Assembly (NCBI RefSeq): GCF_039541115.1 | Contig: NZ_BAABFP010000002.1 | Span: 558,001 to 622,000 of the forward strand | Direction of reading: 5' to 3' | Source: Angustibacter luteus | GTDB taxonomy: Bacteria > Actinomycetota > Actinomycetes > Actinomycetales > Angustibacteraceae | DNA length: 64,000 nt | In this document: positions 39,047 through 47,997 of the stretch, one piece after another | How positions within the stretch are numbered: position 1 is the stretch's first letter | How the letters are laid out: every line of letters starts with the position of its first letter | Translations under genes and position numbers: made by a program | Notes under the pieces: generated by a model | What the model was told of the DNA's origin: nothing | The model's database searches: none | The model's input: only the letters and a program-made list of their open reading frames with translations

Positions 39047-40570
39047 CTACGGCGCGGTGGCCAGGAAGTACTGCGTGCAGGCGTAGTCGGCGTAGGCGCC
39101 GGCCGGCGTCGCCGCCGCCGTCACGGTGGCCGCCCTCGAGCGCCCCAGGCTCCAGTCCCGCCACCCCTGCGGTGCGTTGACGGGGACTCCCGACAGCAGG
39201 CACGAGCGCAGCGGCTCGGCCAGCGCGTCCATCGCCGGGACGGCGTCCGCGGACAGCCCCTGCAGGTACGACACGTCCAGGTCCGACGCGAGCGGCGCCT
39301 GCGCGTCGTACCGCACGATCCGGGCGTCCGGGTTGAGCGCGGCCAGCGCCAGCACGGACACGGCCGCCGCCAGCACCACGGCCCGACCCAACCACGCTGC
39401 GCGCCAACGGATCCCGGCCACCATGACGAGCAGCAGTACCGCGGCCAGGAACAGCTCGCCGGTGATCAGGACCATCCGCAGCCGGCTCATGCCGTAGGCC
39501 TCGACGTACAGGTCGACCCGGCGCAGGGCGGACGCGACGACCCCCAGGGTGCCCACGCAGAGCACCCCGAGCGCGATCCGGACCACGAGCCGGTCCCGCG
39601 CGCTCTCCCGCGGCGCCCGCCGCGCGGCTACGGCCACCACCACGAGGGTCAGCAGGGTCACCGCGACGAGCTGCGCGAACCCGTGCCGCGCGTACTGCGC
39701 GTAGGTCAGGTGCGCCGCCTGCAGGACGTGCCGGTGACCGCCGAGCACCCCACCCAGCTGGACCAGCACGAACGCCACGACCATCGCCGCCAGGGAGCCG
39801 ACCGGCAGCAACCACTCGAGCCGGCGGGCCGGCCGGGCCGGTGCCAGCGCCAGGTCCGACCAGGACGGCGGGTTGCCGGCCAGGTGCGCCAGGCTGGCCG
39901 TGACCGCCAGGGCGAGGACGCCGACCACGACCTGCCCGGGCAGCAGCCGCACGCTGACGCTGGGCAGGTAGCTCGCGAACACCTCGTCCGCCGTGGCGAA
40001 GAGCGCGCCGAACACCAGCAGCAGCGCCAGGGTCAGCGCGAGGCTGCGCACCAGGCTCAGGACCCGTTCCCGCCGTCCACCTGCGGCCTGAGACGCCCCG
40101 TCCCGCAACCACGGCACCGCCCGCACGACGCCCACCGCCCAGCTCGCGCCGCTCAGCAGGATGGCGAGGGTGGAGCGGGCCGCCCCGGCCACGACGGCGG
40201 CGGCGCCCAGGGCGGCCAGCAAGCAGAGGGCGACCAGCCAGTCGGCGTCCCGGACCGCCACCACCGCGACCAGCGCGACGGACGCCGCGGCCAGTGCCAG
40301 GTCCAGCCACCGCCGCCCCCGGACCAGCGCGGGCAGCGCCGGCAGCCAGACCAGTGCCCCCACCACCGCGAGACCGAGACCGGGCGTGAACCCGACGGTC
40401 AGCGGTCCGGCGACCAGGGCCACGGCCAGGCAGCCGCCGAGGACCGCCGTCGACGCCCCTGGGCTCCGCAGCGCCCAGAACTCGCGGAGCGCCCGAGCCG
40501 TCGCGGACGGCGGTCGCTGGGGCCAGGTGGGCCATCCGGTGGTGGGCACGGGACGCGGCTGCTCGCTCAT
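39047..40570 (-). CDS. DUF4173 membrane protein
   Basis: FGALFATAD.VF, TYAQYARHGFAQL, LYVEAYGMSRLR, NPDARI, YLQGLSADAVP. Confidence 0.88.
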   Translation of the reverse strand: MSEQPRPVPTTGWPTWPQRPPSATARALREFWALRSPGASTAVLGGCLAVALVAGPLTVGFTPGLGLAVVGALVWLPALPALVRGRRWLDLALAAASVALVAVVAVRDADWLVALCLLAALGAAAVVAGAARSTLAILLSGASWAVGVVRAVPWLRDGASQAAGGRRERVLSLVRSLALTLALLLVFGALFATADEVFASYLPSVSVRLLPGQVVVGVLALAVTASLAHLAGNPPSWSDLALAPARPARRLEWLLPVGSLAAMVVAFVLVQLGGVLGGHRHVLQAAHLTYAQYARHGFAQLVAVTLLTLVVVAVAARRAPRESARDRLVVRIALGVLCVGTLGVVASALRRVDLYVEAYGMSRLRMVLITGELFLAAVLLLVMVAGIRWRAAWLGRAVVLAAAVSVLALAALNPDARIVRYDAQAPLASDLDVSYLQGLSADAVPAMDALAEPLRSCLLSGVPVNAPQGWRDWSLGRSRAATVTAAATPAGAYADYACTQYFLATAP

Positions 40571-40651
40571 GCCCGTCAACGTAGGAGCGCGGGAACCGTT
40601 CGCGCTCAGCGCTTTCGCGCAGGTTCTGTGGACGTCGGCGGCCGGATGTGA

Positions 40652-40747
40652 AGGATCAGTGCCGCCGGAGGATCAGTGCCGCCGGAGGATCAGTGCCGCC
40701 GGAGGATCAGTGCCGCCGGAGGATCAGTGCCGCCGGAGGATCAGTGC
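40652..40747. repeat. 17-bp perfect tandem repeat (5 full copies + 11 bp)
   Basis: aggatcagtgccgccgg x5 then aggatcagtgc; last partial copy contains the MFS stop codon. Confidence 0.97.
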
Positions 40748-42069
40748 GCCACGGCGCCGGCGGCGGACTCGCGCCCCAGCGTCTCGTCCGGGGTCGACGG
40801 CGGCGGCTCCGGCGTCCGGCGCCGTCGTCCCGGGGACGGGATCCCGAGCACCGCGACAGCGGCGGCCAGGCACAGGGCTCCCGCGGTCCACCAGGCCACC
40901 TCGTACGACCCGGTGCGCTCGCGGATCGACCCGGCGAAGCTGGCTGCGATCCCCGCCCCGATCATGTGCGAGGCATACACCCACCCGAACACGATGCTGG
41001 AGCGTTCGAGCCCGAAGTGGGTGCGGCACAGGGCGATCGTCGGCGGCACGGTCGCCACCCAGTCGAGGCCGTAGAACACGATGAACAGGAACAGGTTCGG
41101 GTGCACGCTCGGGCCGAGCAGGGCCGGGACGACGAGCAGCGACAGTCCGCGCAGCGCGTAGTACATGACCAGCAGCCAGCGCGGGTCCACCCGGTCGGTG
41201 AACCAGCCGGACGCCACCGTGCCGACGATGTCGAAGACCCCGATCAGCGCGAGCAGGCTCGCCGCCGTCGTCACGGGCATGCCGTGGTCGTGCGCGGCGG
41301 GCACGAAGTGGGTGCCGATCAACCCGTTCGTCGACCAGCCGCAGATGAAGAACGTGCCGGCCAGCACCCAGAAGGTGCCCGAGCGGGACGACAGGCGCAG
41401 CGTGCGCAGGGCCAGCCGACCCGGTGAGCCCTGCGCCCGCACCGGGTCCGGGGGCTCGGTGCCGTCGGCGCCGTAGGGGGTGGTGCCCACGTCCGACGGC
41501 CGGTCGGCCAGGAAGAGCAGCACCAGGGGCACGAGCAGCAGGGCTGCTCCGGCCACCAGGGCGGCCGACCAGCGCCAGCCCAGGTGCACCGCCAGGTAGG
41601 CGATGAGCGGCAGGAAGATGAGCTGTCCGGTCGCGGACGCCGCCGAGAACAGCCCGGTCACCAGACCGCGGTGCTTCACGAACCAGCGGTTCGCGACCAT
41701 CGCCCCCAGGACGAGCGCCATCGCTCCCGTGCCCAGCCCCACGGCGAGCCCCCATAACGCCACCAGCTGCCACGGCGCGGTCATCAGGGTGGTCAGCCCC
41801 GAGCCGAGTGCCACCAGGCACAGCGCGGACGCCACCACCTTGCGGATGCCGAAGCGCTCCATCAGTGCGGCCGCGAACGGCGCGGTCACCCCGAACACGA
41901 TGAGGTTCAGCGTCACCGCGCCCGAGGTCAGCTCGCGGGACCAGCCGAACTCGTCCTCCAGCGGCTCCATCAGGACGCCGGTGCTCGACCGGAACCCCGC
42001 CGCGCAGATGAGCGCGCCGAAGGTCACCAGGGCGACCAGCCAGGCGCGATGAACGTGGAACCTTCTCAC
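40741..42069 (-). CDS. MFS transporter
   Basis: AAGFRSS.GVL, MERFGIR, WFVKHRG, FYGLDWVATVPPT; about 12 TMs; GTG at 42069. Confidence 0.92.
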   Translation of the reverse strand: MRRFHVHRAWLVALVTFGALICAAGFRSSTGVLMEPLEDEFGWSRELTSGAVTLNLIVFGVTAPFAAALMERFGIRKVVASALCLVALGSGLTTLMTAPWQLVALWGLAVGLGTGAMALVLGAMVANRWFVKHRGLVTGLFSAASATGQLIFLPLIAYLAVHLGWRWSAALVAGAALLLVPLVLLFLADRPSDVGTTPYGADGTEPPDPVRAQGSPGRLALRTLRLSSRSGTFWVLAGTFFICGWSTNGLIGTHFVPAAHDHGMPVTTAASLLALIGVFDIVGTVASGWFTDRVDPRWLLVMYYALRGLSLLVVPALLGPSVHPNLFLFIVFYGLDWVATVPPTIALCRTHFGLERSSIVFGWVYASHMIGAGIAASFAGSIRERTGSYEVAWWTAGALCLAAAVAVLGIPSPGRRRRTPEPPPSTPDETLGRESAAGAVAH

Positions 42070-42134
42070 CCCGCCATCCTGCCGGGCTCCCCGGCTCCGC
42101 TCCATCACGCATCCGGCCAACCAGCGACCAATTG

Positions 42135-42182
42135 GCGCTCGATCAGGACCTCGGTCAGGCCCTCGGTCAGGCGCTCGGTCAG
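42135..42182. repeat. 12-bp imperfect tandem repeat x4
   Basis: gcgctcgatcag/gacctcggtcag/gccctcggtcag/gcgctcggtcag; last copy holds the stop of the YcaQ-like gene. Confidence 0.85.
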
Positions 42183-43414
42183 GCGCGCAGCTGCTCACTC
42201 AGTGCGGGCGCGAGGTCACCGCGACCCGCCACGGCCACGGAACCCAGGCCGAGCCAGCCGGCCATCGTCACGAGCTCGGCGGCGAGCTCGGCCGGCGTCT
42301 GCGCCGGCGCAGACGGCTCCGCCCACGCCGACTGGACCCGCAGCACCCCGGCCCCGCCGTCCGCCTTGCGGTCCGCCTTGAGGTCGACCCGGGCGACCAG
42401 GGTGTCCCCCAGCAGGAAGGGCAGCACGTAGTAGCCGAACCGACGCTGGGGCGCCGGCACGTAGATCTCGATGCGGTAGTCGAAGCCGAACAGGTCGAGC
42501 GCCCGCGCGCGCTCCCAGACCAGCGAGTCGAACGGGCTGACCAAGGCTCGCGCCCGCACCCGCCGCGGCCGCCGGGCCGCCGCGTGCAGGTACCCCGGAC
42601 GCTTCCACCCCTCGACCGTGACCGGGACCAGCTCGCCCGTGTCCACCAACTCCGCCACTGCCTGCCGCGCCTCGACCACGCCGAGCCGGAAGTGGTCCCG
42701 CAGGGAGAACTCGGTGGCCACCCCGAACGCCTGGGCCGAGATGGACACGAGCCGGCGGTGGGCCTCGTCGTCGTCCGGCGTCGGCGCCGCCACGACCTCC
42801 GCGGGCAGCACCCGCTCCGGCAGGTCGTAGAGCCGGGCGAACTGGCTGTTGCGACCCGACGACGTCACCTCGCCGGCCCAGAACAGCAGCTCGAGCAGCC
42901 GCTTGACCACCGACCAGTTCCAGCCCCACTCCGTGCGGTCGCGCGGCATGTCGTGCGCGATCGCCACCTCCAGGTCGACCGCAGTGATCGGGCCGCGGTC
43001 GCGCACCTCACCGAGGATCACCGCGGCCAGCCCCGGGTGCTCCTGCTCGGCGCGGACCATGCCACCCCACGCGTCCTCCCGGGCCCGCTCCATCCGCCAG
43101 CGCAGCAACGGGAGCGTGGACGGCGGCACCAGGCTCGCCGCGTGCGCCCAGTACTCGACGAGCCGGCGCGGACGGCGGTCCCGGGCCCGGTCCAGCAGCG
43201 CGGTGTCGTAGGGACCGAGCCGGGAGAAGAAGGGCACGTACTGGCTGCGGGCCAGCACGTTCACGCTGTCGATCTGCACGATCCCCAGCCGGTCGATGGC
43301 GCGCTGCACGTGCCGCATCGTCACCGGACCCGTCGGGCGGGGGTCGGCGAAACCCTGTGCCGCCAACGCGATCCGCCGGGCCGCGCCCGCCGTCAGCCGC
43401 TCCGGGAGCGGCAC
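42179..43414 (-). CDS. YcaQ/AlkZ-family (HTH_42) crosslink-repair DNA glycosylase
   Basis: [16 protein letters not shown] (QxD), [26 protein letters not shown]. Confidence 0.93.
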   Translation of the reverse strand: MPLPERLTAGAARRIALAAQGFADPRPTGPVTMRHVQRAIDRLGIVQIDSVNVLARSQYVPFFSRLGPYDTALLDRARDRRPRRLVEYWAHAASLVPPSTLPLLRWRMERAREDAWGGMVRAEQEHPGLAAVILGEVRDRGPITAVDLEVAIAHDMPRDRTEWGWNWSVVKRLLELLFWAGEVTSSGRNSQFARLYDLPERVLPAEVVAAPTPDDDEAHRRLVSISAQAFGVATEFSLRDHFRLGVVEARQAVAELVDTGELVPVTVEGWKRPGYLHAAARRPRRVRARALVSPFDSLVWERARALDLFGFDYRIEIYVPAPQRRFGYYVLPFLLGDTLVARVDLKADRKADGGAGVLRVQSAWAEPSAPAQTPAELAAELVTMAGWLGLGSVAVAGRGDLAPALSEQLRA

Positions 43415-43415
43415 G

Positions 43416-43955
43416 TCAGCTGCTCGCCCGGTGCTGGAAGTCGCCCGTCGCGCCGTCGACCTGCTCGCGCAGCAGGTCCGCGTGCCCGTTGTGCCGCGCG
43501 TACTCCTCGAGCATGTGCAGGAAGACCCAGCGCACGCTCACGGTCCGACCCGAGGACGTCGTCACCGGCGCGTCCAGGTCCAGCCCGGCGGTCGCGGCCT
43601 TCGAGGCCGCCACCTCGCGCCAGAAGGTCTCGATGTCCGCGCCGGCGTGCGCGTCCGGCACGCCGTCGAAGTCCGCGTTCGGCTCGTCGTCCGTGCAGTA
43701 CAGCTCGACCATCGGCAACCCCGCCGCGTGGTGGGTGAACCACCAGCGCTCGCAGTCCGCCAGGTGCCGGACCAGGCCGAGCAGGGTCAGCACGGACGGC
43801 GGGTTCGCCTCGGCCTTCAGCTGCTCGGCGGTCAGCCCGGAGCACTTCCAGAGCAGCGTCGAGCGGTGCTGGTCCAGCCACTCCTCGAGCTGCGCTCGCT
43901 CGGATCCGGTCCCCAGCGTCGGGGCGGGCTCGGGCACGGGCGCGGTCCAGGTCAT
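43416..43955 (-). CDS. DinB/DUF664 family protein
   Basis: [35 protein letters not shown]. Confidence 0.92.
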   Translation of the reverse strand: MTWTAPVPEPAPTLGTGSERAQLEEWLDQHRSTLLWKCSGLTAEQLKAEANPPSVLTLLGLVRHLADCERWWFTHHAAGLPMVELYCTDDEPNADFDGVPDAHAGADIETFWREVAASKAATAGLDLDAPVTTSSGRTVSVRWVFLHMLEEYARHNGHADLLREQVDGATGDFQHRASS

Positions 43956-43987
43956 GCGGCCGATCCTGCCCTAGCCCACCGACAGGC

Positions 43988-44659
43988 TCAGGTCAGGTCG
44001 AGGATCTTCTCGCGCACGGCGTACACGACCGCCTCCATGCGCGAGTGCAGCTGCAGCTTCTCCAGGATGTTGCGCACGTGGTTCTTCACCGTGTTCTCGC
44101 TGATGAAGAGCTCCTTGGCGATGTCCCGGTTCGCCATGCCGCGCGCGACCAGCTTGAGGACCTCGAGCTCACGCTCGGTCAGCCGCGGGACGGGCAGCTG
44201 CGGGCGCTCCTCGCTCTTCTTGATCATCGAGGCGAACTCGGTGAGCAGCTTGCTGGCCATCGACGGGCTGATCAGCGACTGCCCGCTGGCCACCGCGCGG
44301 ATGCCCGCGGCGATCTCCTCGCCCGGCACGTCCTTGAGCAGGTAGCCGTTCGCGCCCGCCCGCACCGCCTCGTACAGGTCGGACTCCTCGTCCGAGATCG
44401 TCAGGATGACGATCTTGGTGGACGGGACGACGTCCTTGATGGCCGTGCACGCCTCGATGCCGGAGCGGCGTGGCATCCGGATGTCCATCAGCACGACGTC
44501 GGGGAGCAGCTCCTCCACCCGGCGGATCGCCTCCGCACCGTCGCTGGCCTCGCCGACGATCTCGATGCCCTCCTCGGCACCGAGCACCATCTCCAGGCCA
44601 CGCCGGTAGAGGGCGTGGTCGTCCGCGACCAGGACCCGGATCGACTCGCCTTCACCCAC
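43988..44659 (-). CDS. Orphan NarL/LuxR-family response regulator
   Basis: ADDH, LMDIRMP, GYLLK, LTERE..NRDIA..TVKNHV; no adjacent kinase. Confidence 0.95.
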   Translation of the reverse strand: MGEGESIRVLVADDHALYRRGLEMVLGAEEGIEIVGEASDGAEAIRRVEELLPDVVLMDIRMPRRSGIEACTAIKDVVPSTKIVILTISDEESDLYEAVRAGANGYLLKDVPGEEIAAGIRAVASGQSLISPSMASKLLTEFASMIKKSEERPQLPVPRLTERELEVLKLVARGMANRDIAKELFISENTVKNHVRNILEKLQLHSRMEAVVYAVREKILDLT

Positions 44660-44672
44660 GGGGTTCCCTACT

Positions 44673-44700
44673 CTCCGTCGCCCGCGACGGGCGACCGGAG
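44673..44700 (-). terminator. Strong hairpin between hpf and the response regulator
   Basis: ctccgtcgcccg-cga-cgggcgaccggag stem about 20 nt after the hpf stop. Confidence 0.4.
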
Positions 44701-44720
44701 CATTCTGTCACGAACCGACC

Positions 44721-45377
44721 TCAGCCCGTGGCGGCAGCGCGTTGCGACGCGGTGGAACCCGCCCCGTTCTGCTCGACGTCCAGGTGCAGGACGCCGTACT
44801 CCCAGCCTCGACGGCGGTAGACGACGCTCGGCTGACCGGTGTCGGCGTCGCAGAACAGGAAGAAGTCGTGGCCGACCAGCTCCATCTCGTACAGCGCCTG
44901 CTCCAGGGTCATCGGCGGGGCCGAGTGCACCTTCTCGCGGATCTCGATGGGACTGTCGTCCAGGGAGCTCGCGGCGGCGTCCGAGGTGCCGTTGGTCTGC
45001 GGTTCGCCGAGCTCCGGCAGCTCGGGGGCCAACCGGGCGGAGGCCTGGGCCAGTGACTCCGCGGCCTTGCCCCGGCGCTCGACCTTGCGGCTGTGCGCGC
45101 GACGCAACCGCTCCAGGAGCTTCGTGGTGGCCTTGTCCAGCGCGACGTAGTAGTCCGTCGCCGCGGCCTCGGCGCGCACGACCGGACCCTTGCCGTGGCA
45201 GGTGATCTCGATGCGTTCGCTGCTCTCGACCTGCCGCTTGTTGGGCTCGTGCGAGAGCACGATCGACAAGCGCTGGATCCGCGGGGCTACCTCCTCGACC
45301 TTGGACAGCTTCTCCTCCAGATGGCGGCGGAAACGGTCCTTGACCTCGACGTGCCGTCCGGTGACCACGATCTCCAC
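44721..45377 (-). CDS. hpf: Ribosome hibernation promoting factor (long HPF/RaiA)
   Basis: EIVVTGRHVEV, RIEIT, VRAEA, REKVH..PMTLEQALYEMELVGHDFFLF, SVVYRR. Confidence 0.95.
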   Translation of the reverse strand: MEIVVTGRHVEVKDRFRRHLEEKLSKVEEVAPRIQRLSIVLSHEPNKRQVESSERIEITCHGKGPVVRAEAAATDYYVALDKATTKLLERLRRAHSRKVERRGKAAESLAQASARLAPELPELGEPQTNGTSDAAASSLDDSPIEIREKVHSAPPMTLEQALYEMELVGHDFFLFCDADTGQPSVVYRRRGWEYGVLHLDVEQNGAGSTASQRAAATG

Positions 45378-45556
45378 AGTGGGTCCTCCCTCTCCTCGCT
45401 CACCCACCTGCTGGCGGGATACGGCGGGTTGGAGTCGCGGCACCACCCCCGATGCCCCTGTCGACCGTGCCGCGGGCGGGCCGTTCCGCCTCGACGCACC
45501 ACGGTCTGGCGACTCATCTACCGACCGTACGCCAGCGCGGTCACCAGCGGCAGATC

Positions 45557-46213
45557 TCACCGAAGATCATTTGGCCGTCGACGGAGGGTGGCCGCGAGAC
45601 AGACCCCACCGACCACGACGGCGTCCGCCGCCCGCAGCGCGCGGGCCGCCTCGAGCAGCGTGGCACCGCTGGTGACCACGTCGTCGACGAGCCACACCGG
45701 ACGACCGCGCAGCCGCCCCCGCCAGCCGCTGCGGACCCGCATCGCCCCCGCCAGGTTGCGGGCCCGGGCCTGCTGCCCCAGCCCCGCCTGGTCGGTCAGC
45801 GGACGCCCGTGCCGCAGCGCGGGCAGCACGACCCGGCGGGGCCGGACGGCGAGCGCCAGGTCGCGCACCGGCTGCCGGCCGCGGGCCCGCCGGGCCGTCG
45901 CCGACGACGGCACCGGGACCAGGGCACCGTGGCCCGAGCCGGGCAGTCCGGCGACCGGCGCGTGCGCGAGCAGGGTGGACAGCGCACCGGCCAGGACGGC
46001 GTCCAGGTCGGCCCGGCCGTGGTCCTTCCAGCCGTTCAGCGCCTCGCGCAGGACGCCGTCGTAGGGGGCCGCGGCCCACACCTGCAGGTCGCCGCGCTCG
46101 CTGCGCACCGGTGGGCCGCCCAGGCTCTCGGCGCAGCCGGGGCACCAGCGGGCGCCGTCCGCGCCGCAGCCGGCGCAGCGCACGGCCAGCACCAGGTCGA
46201 CCAGCTCCCTCAC
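45557..46213 (-). CDS. comF: ComF-family phosphoribosyltransferase-like protein
   Basis: CAGC..CPGC, LVPVPSS, DQAGL..RARN, LVDDVVTSGATL. Confidence 0.9.
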   Translation of the reverse strand: MRELVDLVLAVRCAGCGADGARWCPGCAESLGGPPVRSERGDLQVWAAAPYDGVLREALNGWKDHGRADLDAVLAGALSTLLAHAPVAGLPGSGHGALVPVPSSATARRARGRQPVRDLALAVRPRRVVLPALRHGRPLTDQAGLGQQARARNLAGAMRVRSGWRGRLRGRPVWLVDDVVTSGATLLEAARALRAADAVVVGGVCLAATLRRRPNDLR

Positions 46214-47997
46214 GTGGGGATCGTGATCGCCGTTCCCGGGCCGAGCGTCCGCCACCCGTTCCCGCTGCGCACGGCGACCTGGCCGGCCGAGGTGACCGCG
46301 TACACCGACTGGACGCCGGACCCCGCCCACACCCCGACCGCACCCTTCAGCTTCGGCAGCGCGACCACCCGGCCGCCGACCTCGACCTGGTACGGCTGCC
46401 GTTGACCCGGGTTGCCGCCGAGCACGACCAGCGTCGTGCGGTCCGCCCACGACACGTCGGCCACCGACCGCAGTGGTCGGCCGACTTGGAAGGGCTGCGC
46501 GAGCGACGTCGGTGCCCCCTCCTCGTTGCGGACGATGCCGGCGACGTCCAGCCGGGTCGAGCCGTCCGGCGCACGAGACACGACCGCCAGCCGGCTGCCG
46601 TCGCGGGACACGTCGACGGCGATCACCCGCTGGTGGGCGAGCCAGTCGGGACGCAGCGGGACGACCGACTCGTCGGTCGCTGGAGCGACCGCGTTGGACC
46701 GAGTGGCCGGCGTGACGACGACCCCGCCCGTGCCGGCTCGGTCGGCGGTCCAGGCCCAGCCGGACGGGTCGATGACCGGGGGGACGAGGTCGCCGCCGGA
46801 GGTGAGCGGCTCGGGGTCGGCCTGGGCGGACACGCTGAGCAGGCGCCGGCCGGACACGTCGACCCCGACCAGGGCGTCGTCCTGCGGGCCGGCCGCGATG
46901 GAGCGCAGGCTGCTGACGTCGAGCCGCCCGGCGAAGCGCCCGGTCACGTCGGGGCTGATGGTCCCGGCGGCGGGGTCGGCGCTCATCAGCCGACCGTCGG
47001 ACAGTACGAGCACCGGCCCGGAGACCGGCACCTCGGCGCGGAAGCCGAGGTCGGCGTCGGACCCGCCAGGTTCCACGCCCGGGATGGGGAACGCCCCGCC
47101 ACCGGCGGTCACGCTGACGTCCGTCACGTTCGGCAGCTGGCGCAAGGTCTCGAGCAGCTGGGCGAACAGCTGCTCGCGCTGGTCCGGGGTGGCGGCCAGG
47201 GCTCGGGTCGACAGGTCGACCGCCGCGGTGCCGCCCGAGGTGGGGACGGCGTCCACCCCGAGGGTCGTGCCCGGCGGGAAGCCGGTGGCCACGGCGCCCC
47301 GGAGGTAGTCGGGCGGTCCGTTGAGCACGGCGCGCACCGCCTGCGTCGCCAGGCTGGCGCGCGGTCCGGTGAACCAGCGCAGGTCGGAGACGAGGTGGTG
47401 GGTGCCGATGGCCACGAACGCCACCCGCAGCGGGGTGTAGGCCCGCTCGAACTCGTACCGGGACATCCACAGCCCGAAGTCCGTTGCCAGGGTCTCGACC
47501 CGCCAGACCTGGCCGAGCCGGCGCACCTGGAAGGTGGTGCTGTCCGTCGTGCCCGGTGCGGCCGCGACGAACCGGCCGGACGCGTCGATGGTCGCGTAGA
47601 CGGGCGCCGAGACGACGACCCGCCGCGTGGTGCCGGAGCCGTGCGCCGTCACGGTCAGCGACTTGTCGTCGTAGACCACGGTGCCCTGGTTCGGCCGCCA
47701 GCGCTCGAGCGCGTCGCCGTCCAGGAACGTGCGGGCGACGGCGTGGTCCTCGTCCGACCCGGCGCCGGCGCTGAGGAAACCGCCGACGATCTCGGTGGGA
47801 CCGGCCTCGGGCCGCGGCCCTTGGGGCGCGATCTGCAGCGGCTCGCGCAGGCTGTCGCCCACCGGACGTCCGGCGCCGGCGACCCCCGAGTCGGGCATCG
47901 CGGCGCCGCACGCGGTCAGCGCGCCGGCCAGCAGGACCCCGACCACCACCATCAGCTGGCGGCCGACCGCGCGGCCGGCGATCCGGTGCGCGCTCAT
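46210..47997 (-). CDS. lpqB: Lipoprotein LpqB (GerMN + beta-propeller)
   Basis: Lipobox LTAC, EIVGGFL, propeller VSRDGSRLA; follows mtrB. Confidence 0.9.
   Translation of the reverse strand: MSAHRIAGRAVGRQLMVVVGVLLAGALTACGAAMPDSGVAGAGRPVGDSLREPLQIAPQGPRPEAGPTEIVGGFLSAGAGSDEDHAVARTFLDGDALERWRPNQGTVVYDDKSLTVTAHGSGTTRRVVVSAPVYATIDASGRFVAAAPGTTDSTTFQVRRLGQVWRVETLATDFGLWMSRYEFERAYTPLRVAFVAIGTHHLVSDLRWFTGPRASLATQAVRAVLNGPPDYLRGAVATGFPPGTTLGVDAVPTSGGTAAVDLSTRALAATPDQREQLFAQLLETLRQLPNVTDVSVTAGGGAFPIPGVEPGGSDADLGFRAEVPVSGPVLVLSDGRLMSADPAAGTISPDVTGRFAGRLDVSSLRSIAAGPQDDALVGVDVSGRRLLSVSAQADPEPLTSGGDLVPPVIDPSGWAWTADRAGTGGVVVTPATRSNAVAPATDESVVPLRPDWLAHQRVIAVDVSRDGSRLAVVSRAPDGSTRLDVAGIVRNEEGAPTSLAQPFQVGRPLRSVADVSWADRTTLVVLGGNPGQRQPYQVEVGGRVVALPKLKGAVGVWAGSGVQSVYAVTSAGQVAVRSGNGWRTLGPGTAITIPT

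Noticed and set aside
40652..40747. CRISPR array interpretation of the 17-bp repeat
   Set aside because: Units are contiguous with no spacers, are too short, and no cas genes are present
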